Assembly (NCBI GenBank): GCA_037142615.1 | Contig: JBAXAI010000051.1 | Location: forward strand, 1-22,219 | Reading direction: 5' to 3' | Source: Spirochaetales bacterium | GTDB taxonomy: Bacteria > Spirochaetota > Spirochaetia > JABEVK01 | DNA length: 22,219 bases | Part shown: positions 7,399 through 15,706 of the stretch, in pieces | Position numbering within the stretch: position 1 is the stretch's first letter | How the letters are laid out: each line of letters begins with the position of its first letter | Position numbers and translations under genes: made by a program | The notes under the pieces: model-generated | Seen by the model: the letters and a program-made list of their open reading frames with translations, nothing else | The model's database searches: none | Told to the model about the DNA's origin: nothing

Positions 7399-9357
7399 TT
7401 ACGGAACCTGGACGATGTCGGTGGCGTTGGAGGTACCGGAGATTCCCGGCAAGCCGGTCCACACGCCGTCTTTCCAGTAGCCGGCCTGAACGACGTTACT
7501 CGAATCCGTTGAGCTTCCGACCATGTAGAAGCTGGTACCGAACAGGGCCACCTTCCTGACCGAGCTTTCTTTCGTGGCATCGAGGGGCGTCACTGCGGTC
7601 CAGACTTGGTTCTTCCAGTAACCGGGAACCCGGACCATGCTCACGTTGTACGAGGTGCCACCGACATAGACGTCGGAGCCAGAAATCGCCAGTGACCCTA
7701 CACTCGACGACCTTGCGGTATCAAGGAAGGGAAGCTCGACGGCAGCGCCGCCATCGGTCCACAGAACGGCTCTGTCAACAACGCCAGCCGTTTGGCTGGT
7801 GCCTGCGCCGTAGATGTGCCCGCCCACGACGGCCAAAGTCAGACAACGGTTGTAGTGGCCACTGCTGAGCGCCGGCAGGGCAAGCCAAACGTCGTTCTTC
7901 CAGTAGCCGGGAATCTCGAGCCCTGCGGAACCTTGACTCACACCAAAAACGTAGATGTCGCTTCCATCGGCGAGGATCCCTTCGACCTCGTGGTACTTGG
8001 TGGCATCGAGCCTCGGCAGATTGAACCATGTGCCATTCTTCCAGTAGCCGGGGAGTTCATCGTTAACGCCTTGCGAGGAGTTCCCCGCCACATAGACATC
8101 AGTGCCGACGACAACCATGCCAGCAACTCTTGAACTTCTGGTTGCACTGACGCCCGGGAGTCCTACCCAGGTGCCATTCTTCCAGTAACCAGCAATCATG
8201 ATGTCGCTGCTGTTCGTGCTGGTTCCCGCGAAATACAAGTCTGTTCCATCGAAATACGCTCCAGACACAAAAGCCATTTTCGCCACCGATATCGGTGGCA
8301 ATGCGGTCCAAACACCGTCTTTCCAATAGCCAGGAACAATCACCCCACTGGCATTGGTGCTGGTACCTGCCACGTAAAGACCCGCAGTAACCGTGCTCGT
8401 CGTGGCTTTGACGGTGAAGGGAAACACCTTTGTCGCGGTGGACGTGCCCGAGGTGATGGTAGCGGTCAGCGTCACAGCGACGGCGGCGTCATCCTTGGCC
8501 GGTCGCTTCACCGCACCGGTGTTGCTGATCACCGCCGTGTTGCTCGACGACCAGGCAATGGTGGTCCCGCTGGCACCGCTGGTGGGCAGGGTGAGGTCGC
8601 CGGAGACGTTGGTGGCGGCCGCGTTGCCGCTGCCGAGCACCGAGGCCATGGTCAAGTTCGCCTTGTCGTCAGCAACGGCCACCACAGGGTCGTTCGAAAT
8701 CGGCTGCACCACCACCGTGAACTTCTTGGTCTCCTGAGTCCCGCTCGCCTTGGTGATCGTCGCCGTCAGCGTGACTGTCGCAGCGGTTCCTCCCGCAGCC
8801 GGGCGCGTGACCGCTCCCGAAGTGCTGACGGCCGCATTGTCGCTGGTCCAGCTGATGGTCGTCCCGCTGGGTCCGGTGGTCGGCAGCGTCAGCGGGCCCT
8901 TGGTGTTGGCAAGGTCGGCGTTGGGTCCCTTCAGAATGGCGTCGACCAAGGTGGCCTTGTCGTCGGCGATGGCCACCACGGGGTCACTGGGGACGGCCGT
9001 GACCGTGACAGTGAAGGTCTTGGTGGAGGTGACGCCGTTCTTGGTGATGGTCGCGGTGAGAACCACCGGAGTGTCGGTTGCTTGGCGGGTCACGGCTCCG
9101 GATGCCGACACAACGGCAGCATTGTTGCTGCTCCAAGTGACGGTGGTGTCATTGGTGCCAAGCTCGGGCAGCAGCAGGTTTCCTTTGACGGCAGCCAGGT
9201 CGGTCTGACCCGCGCCGATCAGCGCAGTCGTAAGGCTGTTGGCCGTGGCGATACCGTCGGGCGGCAGTCCGCCGGCCGTCAGGTCGCTGATCATGTTCGA
9301 GCACGAACCCAGCGCCAGCAGGCCGAGCGCGGCGACAAGTGTGGTGAGAAGTTTCAT
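7399..9357 (-). CDS. 652-aa surface lipoprotein: lipobox, three Ig-like repeats, C-terminal 7-repeat GYWKNG-type beta-propeller
   Basis: MKLLTTLVAALGLLALGS-C; ATGA overlap with the barrel gene; N-terminus paralogous to the 195-2852 protein; seven ~47-aa repeats YxxGxS...GYWKxxxWxxLP (one degenerate). Confidence 0.88.
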   Translation of the reverse strand: MKLLTTLVAALGLLALGSCSNMISDLTAGGLPPDGIATANSLTTALIGAGQTDLAAVKGNLLLPELGTNDTTVTWSSNNAAVVSASGAVTRQATDTPVVLTATITKNGVTSTKTFTVTVTAVPSDPVVAIADDKATLVDAILKGPNADLANTKGPLTLPTTGPSGTTISWTSDNAAVSTSGAVTRPAAGGTAATVTLTATITKASGTQETKKFTVVVQPISNDPVVAVADDKANLTMASVLGSGNAAATNVSGDLTLPTSGASGTTIAWSSSNTAVISNTGAVKRPAKDDAAVAVTLTATITSGTSTATKVFPFTVKATTSTVTAGLYVAGTSTNASGVIVPGYWKDGVWTALPPISVAKMAFVSGAYFDGTDLYFAGTSTNSSDIMIAGYWKNGTWVGLPGVSATRSSRVAGMVVVGTDVYVAGNSSQGVNDELPGYWKNGTWFNLPRLDATKYHEVEGILADGSDIYVFGVSQGSAGLEIPGYWKNDVWLALPALSSGHYNRCLTLAVVGGHIYGAGTSQTAGVVDRAVLWTDGGAAVELPFLDTARSSSVGSLAISGSDVYVGGTSYNVSMVRVPGYWKNQVWTAVTPLDATKESSVRKVALFGTSFYMVGSSTDSSNVVQAGYWKDGVWTGLPGISGTSNATDIVQVP

Positions 9358-9923
9358 AGTGTGACCCCCAGGATGGTTGTGAACAGGAAGCCCTGCTGGC
9401 CGGTCTCGGTGAACCACTGGAAGCCGGGGCTGACGAAGAACGCTACCGGCAGGCCCTCGATCTTGTACTGGGCCCGAACCTCGGTGGTGACCAGCGAGTC
9501 GTAGTAAAGGGCGCTCGAGGCAGTGTTGGCCAAGGGCAAGGTGCCGCTGAAGAGCGTGATCAGACCGCCGTAGCCGACCAGAGGCCGCACGCTGAGCCCC
9601 GGAAGAACCTCTTTGAGGTCGAAGTCGAAGCAGACGTTGAGCGACCATGGGATGCTGATCAGGCTGGTGGTGGCCGCACTCGTGCCGATCCAGTACACCG
9701 CTCCCGCCGCCACCTGGAAGCCCAGCGGTTCCAGCCCGGGGGCCTGCAACTGCGGGTTCATCGTGACCCGGGCGTCGAGCCCGGCGCCAAAAGGGGTCAC
9801 GGAGGCAAAAGTGCCCACCGGCACGGCAGCGGTCGCCCCAAACTCAATTTCCAGGGCGCTGGCCAACGGCCCGCCCAGCAAGAACAAAGCCGCCAACAGG
9901 GGCAATAAACGACGGATCGACAT
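9354..9923 (-). CDS. 189-aa predicted outer-membrane beta-barrel (copy 2)
   Basis: Identical to copy 1 except near the C-terminus (KIEG vs KVDG; TETGQQG vs AETSNSG). Confidence 0.75.
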   Translation of the reverse strand: MSIRRLLPLLAALFLLGGPLASALEIEFGATAAVPVGTFASVTPFGAGLDARVTMNPQLQAPGLEPLGFQVAAGAVYWIGTSAATTSLISIPWSLNVCFDFDLKEVLPGLSVRPLVGYGGLITLFSGTLPLANTASSALYYDSLVTTEVRAQYKIEGLPVAFFVSPGFQWFTETGQQGFLFTTILGVTL

Positions 9924-9937
9924 GATTCACCTCCGAA
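9508..9937. repeat. 430-bp perfect direct repeat, copy 2
   Basis: Matches 3003-3432. Confidence 0.9.
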
Positions 9938-9944
9938 ACAGATA

Positions 9945-9988
9945 AGCCTAGTGAATGTCCATCAACTTCGTTATCGTAGAACTACGAT
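9945..9988 (-). promoter_or_regulatory. putative promoter: -10 TAGGCT (9950-9945) and palindrome ATCGTAG-AA-CTACGAT (9973-9988)
   Basis: Conserved with 3441-3487. Confidence 0.65.
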
Positions 9989-10090
9989 CTTGGGCGGAGG
10001 AAACTGCGACCCCGGTTCGTCGTGCTCTTGCCAAGTCGAACTGACTCGTTCCTTCTTGCACTGTTGTAGCTACTAGGTTAGGATAGCGAC

Positions 10091-10489
10091 ATGCGATTTC
10101 ACCTTGCCATCAGTCTGATTCTGCTGGGAGCCTTCCCGTTGTTGGCCCAGAACTCCAGCGTGCCGGCGACGCTTGCCTCGGTCACTTCCGAGCTCGACTC
10201 GCTCCTTACCGACCTCGAGGCCAACCAAACCCGGACGCTCGAGCTGCAAGCCAAGCTTTCTGAACTCGAAGCGCTGTCGGCCACCCACCTGGCAGCCCTG
10301 AACGAACAGGGTCAGCAATTGGCCGCCTACGAGCAGTCTGTGCACGCGCTCGAGGCGCACGACCGTCAAACCCTCGAACTCCTGTCGACCGAGCGGGTGT
10401 TCAGTTCGTGGCTGGTCCCCGTCGCGGTCAGTGCCTCGGCGCTCGCCGCTCTCGAAGCCGTGCTTCTGCTTGTGGTGGTTTCGCGATGA
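10091..10489 (+). CDS. hypothetical protein: signal peptide, coiled coil, C-terminal TM helix
   Basis: Hydrophobic N- and C-termini with heptad Leu pattern; upstream TTGCAC-17-TAGGAT. Confidence 0.75.
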   Translation: MRFHLAISLILLGAFPLLAQNSSVPATLASVTSELDSLLTDLEANQTRTLELQAKLSELEALSATHLAALNEQGQQLAAYEQSVHALEAHDRQTLELLSTERVFSSWLVPVAVSASALAALEAVLLLVVVSR

Positions 10490-10818
10490 AACGCTTGTTT
10501 CCCGTTGCCGCCGTGTTCATCGCCGGGGTCATCGCAGGCGCCTTGGCCTTCAAAGGTTTTGAAATGGTCACCGTCGAGGCCGCGTTCCAGCAGCAAAAGT
10601 CCGAGCTGGTCCAGCTTCGCACGGAACTCCGCGACCAGGAGAAGACCCTCGAGGCCTCCCGACTGCGGGTCTCCGAAAGCGCTGCCGCGTTGCACGACAA
10701 GGTCGGCGCGGCCAATGCCCAGGCAGCGCAGGTCGTCGCTGCGCAAGGTTCAGCCGTCGAACGCCTGAAAAAGGTGCTCGCCGTGCTCAAGCAGTTGGAA
10801 CAGGACCTTAAGCCCTGA
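10486..10818 (+). CDS. hypothetical protein: N-terminal TM anchor plus coiled coil (110 aa)
   Basis: MKRLFPVAAVFIAGVIAGALAF then an A/E/Q/K-rich helix; ATGA overlap with the upstream gene. Confidence 0.75.
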   Translation: MKRLFPVAAVFIAGVIAGALAFKGFEMVTVEAAFQQQKSELVQLRTELRDQEKTLEASRLRVSESAAALHDKVGAANAQAAQVVAAQGSAVERLKKVLAVLKQLEQDLKP

Positions 10819-11626
10819 CGGTGTCGGCGATGGGCCCGAAACCCATGCGCATGCGCAGCGTGACGACCTGGTCGGTAGCGCGCATGATCGCGTAGTCGAA
10901 CACCCGGAGGTTGCCAGAAGCCTCCGGCAGCGCTTCGCGGAGGATAATGGTGAACTTTTCGCCGCAGAACATCTCGGCCAGGTAGTTCACGTCCAAGAAG
11001 GCCGGACGATGGGCCCTCAAAAAAGCAAAATCGTGGCGGTCGAGGCACCAACCCAGCGAGTTGACATTGCCCACGTGCCCGTTGAGGTCGATGTCTTCCC
11101 ACGTGGCCCACACGCTGTGCGTCACCCGGGCCAGCGACTCCGCCAGCCCCTGGGCTTCGGGCGCGTTTTCGAGCGGGGGCAGCGACGGCGGCACTTCGGC
11201 CAGCGGATCCTCGGCCTGCATCGGCGTGTAGATTTTGGTGTAAGGCTCCGGTCTTTGCGGTTTTCGATCCTTCAGGACCACCCACGCGGTGCTTGAGCGG
11301 CCGCACCAGCCCAGCTCTTCGGTGCCGAAGCGGAAGTCGCGCAGGGCCAGCACCGCCTTGGTGCCCCGGGTCCAGGTGTCGACGGTCAGGTCGCAGGGCC
11401 ACGTGGGCCAGGTGCGGAACTCGACGCTCATGCGCGACAGCACCCAGAAAATGCCCTGATCGAAGTGCTCGCGGAAGTCCCAGCCCAAGCTCGCGGTGTG
11501 GTCGCCTGCCTGGCTCTGCACCAGCTTGATCAGAGACGTGAAACGAAGCGCGCCGGTCGCGTCGGCCTCGGCGTAGGGGATGGCGTATTGCCCGCGGAAA
11601 ACGCCAGGGAGGGGGGAACCCAACAT
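10808..11626 (-). CDS. acyl-ACP thioesterase (FatA/B-like, double hotdog fold)
   Basis: YAEADATG, FWVLSRMSVEF, TVDTW, EDIDLNGHVGN and VNYLAE motifs. Confidence 0.88.
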   Translation of the reverse strand: MLGSPLPGVFRGQYAIPYAEADATGALRFTSLIKLVQSQAGDHTASLGWDFREHFDQGIFWVLSRMSVEFRTWPTWPCDLTVDTWTRGTKAVLALRDFRFGTEELGWCGRSSTAWVVLKDRKPQRPEPYTKIYTPMQAEDPLAEVPPSLPPLENAPEAQGLAESLARVTHSVWATWEDIDLNGHVGNVNSLGWCLDRHDFAFLRAHRPAFLDVNYLAEMFCGEKFTIILREALPEASGNLRVFDYAIMRATDQVVTLRMRMGFGPIADTVRA

Positions 11627-11627
11627 G

Positions 11628-12011
11628 TCATTCCTCCTGGCAGGCCGAGGCTGCCTTTTCGAACAAGCGGGTCAGTCTCTGATTGCCTTCTGCCGTCGGC
11701 TCGAGCAGTTCGAGCGCAACCTGCCGGTCGGGGCCCTCGGTGTCGAGGAGCCTCACCACCCTGGCCTCCACTTGAAACGGAAGGCTCAAACCGTCTTCCA
11801 CCATGTCGAGCAGCACCGCCAGCTTGGTGCCGAGCGGCAATGGTTCCCGGGTGCGGCACAAAAGCCCTCCCTCCGAAAAGTTGAGGGTTTCGGCATGGAC
11901 CGTGCCCTCGTGACCGAAGTCGAGGCGAACCATCTGGCAAATGCGGTAGCGTGGAGAACGACGGAGTTCCTGCATGGGCTTCAGTGTAACCCCTGCCGTG
12001 GCGTGGCTCAA
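11628..12011 (-). CDS. PilZ-domain c-di-GMP receptor (alternative start at 11975)
   Basis: RRSPR (RxxxR) and NFSEGG (D/NxSxGG) motifs. Confidence 0.85.
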   Translation of the reverse strand: MSHATAGVTLKPMQELRRSPRYRICQMVRLDFGHEGTVHAETLNFSEGGLLCRTREPLPLGTKLAVLLDMVEDGLSLPFQVEARVVRLLDTEGPDRQVALELLEPTAEGNQRLTRLFEKAASACQEE

Positions 12012-13039
12012 GGGAAAGTGATGGTCAGCGCTTGCGAAGCCTTGTCTCGCTCGAGACGACCATCGCCCTGCTGGATGAGCGCGTCCAGCAGGTCCCGGGC
12101 GGGGGTTCGCTCATCGCCCTGCCAGGCACAAACCGACAGGTCAGAACTCAGCCGCATGGCGTAGTTGCCCGCCTCCTTCTGGAAACGGAAGGTCAGCCAG
12201 TGGCTGTCCTCGGGATCAACGCACAGCCGGGCCATCGAGGTCAGCAGTTCGTTGACGACAAGGCCCATGGTAAAGGCAGCCCCCGGTGCCAGGGGGAGGT
12301 CTTCGATCTCCAGCTTTAAGTTCAGCATTCGCTCGAGCCCGAAAACCTGAAGGTTGTGCCGCAGCAAGTTGGTGAAGAACGACGCCGAGCCGATCGACGA
12401 GGTATTGGCCGCGTCGTGCACTTCGTCCTGGATCAGCGCGAGCGTGTGCAGCCGGTTCTGGCTTTCGGCAAGCATTGCCGCCACTTCGGGGTTAGGTGCC
12501 GCCTCCTGTTGCAGTCCCAAAAGGATCAGCATGACCTGGAGGTTGTTCTTGACGCGGTGGTGCACCTCGGCCAGCAACAGGTCCTTTTCGGCCAATTGAC
12601 GGGTCAGCTCGGCGGTTCTGTCGGCGATGTCGGCCTCAAGGCGGGCCTGGTACTGGTCTTTCTGTTGCAACAGCTCGGACCGTTCGGCCAAACGTTCCAG
12701 AATGGGTGGCAGGATCTCGAGGCTGGGGAAGGGTTTGATCAGAAACTCCCACGCACCCAGCTTCAGCGCCTGCGTGGCTTCGCGGATGTCGTTGGTTCCC
12801 GACATGGTGACAAAGGGCGTGTAGGGAGCGCTTGCCTTCACCTCGGCGAGCACGGCCATGCCACCTCCGTGGGGCATCCGAAGGTCGCACACCACCGCGT
12901 CGGGCTTGTGCTCGTGGAACAGTCGTTTACCCTCTTCGGCATCGCCTGCGCACAGCACCCGATAGCCAGCCCGGCTCAGAAAGGCGTCGAACAGCAGGAG
13001 GATGGTATCGTCATCGTCGATCACCAGCAGCGATTTCAC
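12008..13039 (-). CDS. receiver domain plus HisKA_2-type kinase domain with degenerate ATPase lobe
   Basis: VIDDD...CDLRMP...FLIKPF receiver; EVHHRVKNNLQ H-box; no DxGxG or GxGL boxes. Confidence 0.85.
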   Translation of the reverse strand: MKSLLVIDDDDTILLLFDAFLSRAGYRVLCAGDAEEGKRLFHEHKPDAVVCDLRMPHGGGMAVLAEVKASAPYTPFVTMSGTNDIREATQALKLGAWEFLIKPFPSLEILPPILERLAERSELLQQKDQYQARLEADIADRTAELTRQLAEKDLLLAEVHHRVKNNLQVMLILLGLQQEAAPNPEVAAMLAESQNRLHTLALIQDEVHDAANTSSIGSASFFTNLLRHNLQVFGLERMLNLKLEIEDLPLAPGAAFTMGLVVNELLTSMARLCVDPEDSHWLTFRFQKEAGNYAMRLSSDLSVCAWQGDERTPARDLLDALIQQGDGRLERDKASQALTITFP

Positions 13040-13089
13040 AGCTTCCCCTAGAATAGACCGTGTGGCGGAAATCCGCTACCATACTGGCA

Positions 13090-13545
13090 ATGATTGCCGA
13101 AAATTTCCCCGCCCCCGACTTCACCCTGCCCGACCAGGACGGACGCCTGCTTTCGTTGTCGGACTTCCGCGGTTTTCACGTCGTCGTTTTCTTTTACCCT
13201 GCGGACGACACGCCAGTGTGCACAAAAGAAGCCTGCGCGCTGCGCGATGGCTACGCCGACCTGCGAGCGAGCAACACCGTTGTACTCGGTGTGAGCCCGG
13301 ACGACGGGGCCAGCCACCGCAAGTTCCGAGCCAAGTACAACTTGCCCTTTGCGTTGCTTTCCGATCCGGAAAAAGTCGTCCTCACCGCGTGGGGCGCCTG
13401 GGGCGAAAAGACCCTGTACGGCAACAAGGTGACTGGCGTGCTGCGAAGCACCGTCGTTATCGGCCCCGACGGCCTCATCAAGAAGCACATCAAACGGGTC
13501 GACACCGCCAAAGCTGCCCTGCAGGGGCTGCCTTACCTGAAGTAG
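13090..13545 (+). CDS. bcp: BCP/PrxQ peroxiredoxin
   Basis: APDFTLPDQDG, FYPADDTPVCTKEAC, GVSPD, FRAKYNLPFALLSD. Confidence 0.92.
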   Translation: MIAENFPAPDFTLPDQDGRLLSLSDFRGFHVVVFFYPADDTPVCTKEACALRDGYADLRASNTVVLGVSPDDGASHRKFRAKYNLPFALLSDPEKVVLTAWGAWGEKTLYGNKVTGVLRSTVVIGPDGLIKKHIKRVDTAKAALQGLPYLK

Positions 13546-13603
13546 GCGTAACTTGCACTCCAGTCATCGCGGATTCCGCCGATGGTTGGGAGGGGAGGGG
13601 GGA

Positions 13604-13819
13604 ATGCGCTGTTCGAGACCTTGGGGCACAGTCTTGGCCGGTTTTGTTCTCACCGCTTTGGTTTCGGGCTGCGCCACGCTCCCCGAAGAGACCTCGTACC
13701 GGCAAAACAGCAACACCACCGTGCACACCAACCGCTTTGGCGTGGTGTACATTGAGCAGCTTGTCCCCGACCCCTGGGGAGAACCCATCACGGTCCGCTA
13801 CATCGTCGACAAAAATTAG
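13604..13819 (+). CDS. small hypothetical lipoprotein (71 aa)
   Basis: GGAGG SD; hydrophobic stretch ending VSG-C. Confidence 0.6.
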   Translation: MRCSRPWGTVLAGFVLTALVSGCATLPEETSYRQNSNTTVHTNRFGVVYIEQLVPDPWGEPITVRYIVDKN

Positions 13820-13822
13820 CGG

Positions 13823-14524
13823 CTAGTGCGAATGGCCGAGGGTTGCCAGCAGTTCACGACCCGGACCAAAACGCGCTTCTTCGGCGCCCAGCACCAGTGC
13901 AAAATCGCAATCGGCGGCGTCTTCGAGGTTGTGCGTGGCCGTGATCACACTCGCCCCGCGCTCGGCCAGGGCCTTCACCGCGCGGTAGAACACTTCCATT
14001 CCCCCCGCGTCGAGGTTCGACAGCGGTTCATCGAGGAGCACCAGTTCGGCGCGGCGGGCGAGCACGTAGCTGAGGTAAATGCGCTGGCGCTGGCCCCCCG
14101 ACAGGTCGCTCACGGGTTGCTGGGCAAACTCGGTGGCGCCGAAGGTTTCGAGTGCCTCGTCGACCACTTTTTCGTCGGCTGCGGTGATGCGCCTCCAAAG
14201 GCCCCGTTCGCCGTAAAACGCCATGCGGACCACGTCGCGGCCCCGAAGCGGCAACAACGGATTCGTGGTTTGAAACTGCCCCAGCCACGCCAACCGGCGC
14301 ACGGCCTTGGTCGGCGTGGTGCCCAGAACGACGAGCCTGCCGCTGATGGCAGGCAACAACCCGGCGATGGTGCGCAGCAAAGTGGTCTTGCCGCTGCCGT
14401 TGCCACCTACCAGCGCCAGCGATTGACCAGGCTCGAGCTCAAAATCGACGGCGGGCAACACGTTGGCCTTTTCGTAGCCGGTATGCAGATGAACCGCCTT
14501 GAGGCTTAGCGGGCGCTCAGGCAT
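13823..14524 (-). CDS. Zn/Mn ABC transporter ATP-binding protein (ZnuC/AztA-like)
   Basis: GGNGSGKTT, LSGGQRQR, LLDEP, ATH. Confidence 0.92.
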   Translation of the reverse strand: MPERPLSLKAVHLHTGYEKANVLPAVDFELEPGQSLALVGGNGSGKTTLLRTIAGLLPAISGRLVVLGTTPTKAVRRLAWLGQFQTTNPLLPLRGRDVVRMAFYGERGLWRRITAADEKVVDEALETFGATEFAQQPVSDLSGGQRQRIYLSYVLARRAELVLLDEPLSNLDAGGMEVFYRAVKALAERGASVITATHNLEDAADCDFALVLGAEEARFGPGRELLATLGHSH

Positions 14525-15335
14525 GGGTCAGCCTCCCCTTCAGGATCAACCCGGCAAAAAAGAACAGCACGGCCACCACCGTGATCGAGGCCCCTGCGGC
14601 AAAATTGAACCAGTAGCTGGCGTTCAGACCCAAAAAGACGCTGACGGTGCCCAGCCCCGTAGCTCCCAGCATGATGTAGCTCATGCGACGGGCAAACAGC
14701 GCGGCCGTGGCGGCCGGTGCCACGAGCAACCCAAACACCAGCATCGTCCCCACCGTTTGAAAGCTGACGATGACCGTGCCGGCGATCATGGCCAGCATGA
14801 GCACGTGGAGCGCCTTGGGGTTGTACCCGCTTACCTGCGCGTGTTCGGGCGAAAAACACAGCAGCAAGAACGGCCGGCGGAGCACCCAAGCCAGAGCGCC
14901 CAACACCAGCAGCGCCGAGGCCTGCAACACCAGGTCGGCCACGGTCGAGCCCAGAATCTCACCAAACAGGATTTTGATCAGGTCGCCCGAAAACGAGTTC
15001 GAGCGCGACACCAGCACCACTCCCAGGGCCAACATGCCCACAAACAGCAGGCCGATGGCCGTGTCACCCGAAAGCCGCGTGCGCCGCCCGATCCAGCTGA
15101 TGCCGCCGATCATCACCGCGCTGCCCACAGCGGCGCCCCACAGCCCGGGCAAACCCAGCAGCAAGGCCCCCGCGACGCCGGGCAGCACACCGTGGCTGAG
15201 CGCGTCACCGATAAAGCTCAGGCCCCGGAGCACCATGTAGGTGCCTACGATGGCGCAGGCCCATGCGGCCAGCACGCCAGCCGCGAGCGCAGTCAGCAGA
15301 AAAGGGTTGTCGACAAAGGGCTGTACCAGGCTCAT
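14517..15335 (-). CDS. Zn/Mn ABC transporter permease (ZnuB/AztB-like, ABC-3)
   Basis: GDALSHGVLPG, LFGEILG, FQTVGTMLV; multiple TM helices; ATGA overlap with the upstream regulator. Confidence 0.92.
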   Translation of the reverse strand: MSLVQPFVDNPFLLTALAAGVLAAWACAIVGTYMVLRGLSFIGDALSHGVLPGVAGALLLGLPGLWGAAVGSAVMIGGISWIGRRTRLSGDTAIGLLFVGMLALGVVLVSRSNSFSGDLIKILFGEILGSTVADLVLQASALLVLGALAWVLRRPFLLLCFSPEHAQVSGYNPKALHVLMLAMIAGTVIVSFQTVGTMLVFGLLVAPAATAALFARRMSYIMLGATGLGTVSVFLGLNASYWFNFAAGASITVVAVLFFFAGLILKGRLTHA

Positions 15336-15610
15336 GTCGCCGAAGCCGGTTCGTGAGACGGGCCTTCCAGCTCGCAGTGGATGTGGATGGCGTTGCAGTC
15401 GTCGCACTTTTCGATTTCGTGGTGGGCGGCGAACGCATCCCAGTGGCGCTTTTGGTCGGGATTGAGGCTGCCGGTGCCCTGGCAAAGGGGGCAGGTGTTC
15501 TCGAGGGCCGCCATGATGGCCTGGCGGATAAACTCACTCTTGTTCGGCACCCGGTGAATGAGCTCGGCCAGCGCCTCGTCGACCTTGAAGGTGATGATTT
15601 CGTTCTTCAC
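15332..15610 (-). CDS. CopG/ribbon-helix-helix regulator with Cys/His metal-binding C-terminus
   Basis: IITFKVDEALAELI...NKSEFIRQAI RHH pattern; CPLC, HH, CDDC, HIHC; GTG start. Confidence 0.8.
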   Translation of the reverse strand: MKNEIITFKVDEALAELIHRVPNKSEFIRQAIMAALENTCPLCQGTGSLNPDQKRHWDAFAAHHEIEKCDDCNAIHIHCELEGPSHEPASAT

Positions 15611-15616
15611 CGCGCC

Positions 15617-15645
15617 AACGTAATACAAAGTACTACGTGGGTCAA
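15617..15645 (-). promoter_or_regulatory. promoter TTGACC-17-TACGTT with operator-like palindrome ACGTAATAC-AAA-GTACTACGT (15618-15638)
   Basis: 9-bp arms with one mismatch, covering the spacer and -10; GTG start follows the -10 after 6 nt. Confidence 0.7.
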
Positions 15646-15706
15646 GCCGACGACCCTCGCACCGGCCTTCTGGTCAAAGTCCGCTTTTCCGGTATATGCC
15701 TCTGGC

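Noticed and set aside
196-9981. Hexamer TAGAAC near several junctions (196, 3474, 5016, 7379, 9977)
   Set aside because: Too short to be significant by eye; two instances are the palindrome core and two coincide with stop codons
195-10090. Classical integron, shufflon or diversity-generating retroelement
   Set aside because: No integrase, invertase or reverse transcriptase in the window; no convincing attC (RYYYAAC...GTTRRRY) pairs; repeats are direct; differences between copies do not appear adenine-specific
13588-13602. G-rich tract GGGAGGGGAGGGGGG as a phase-variation or G-quadruplex site
   Set aside because: Longest run is only 6 G and it coincides with the SD of the small lipoprotein; no evidence of slippage
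15263-15706. ORF-track extension of the DUF1007 gene, and of the permease to 15485
   Set aside because: Both overlap the RHH regulator gene; the signal peptide and ATGA coupling support starts at 15707 and 15335
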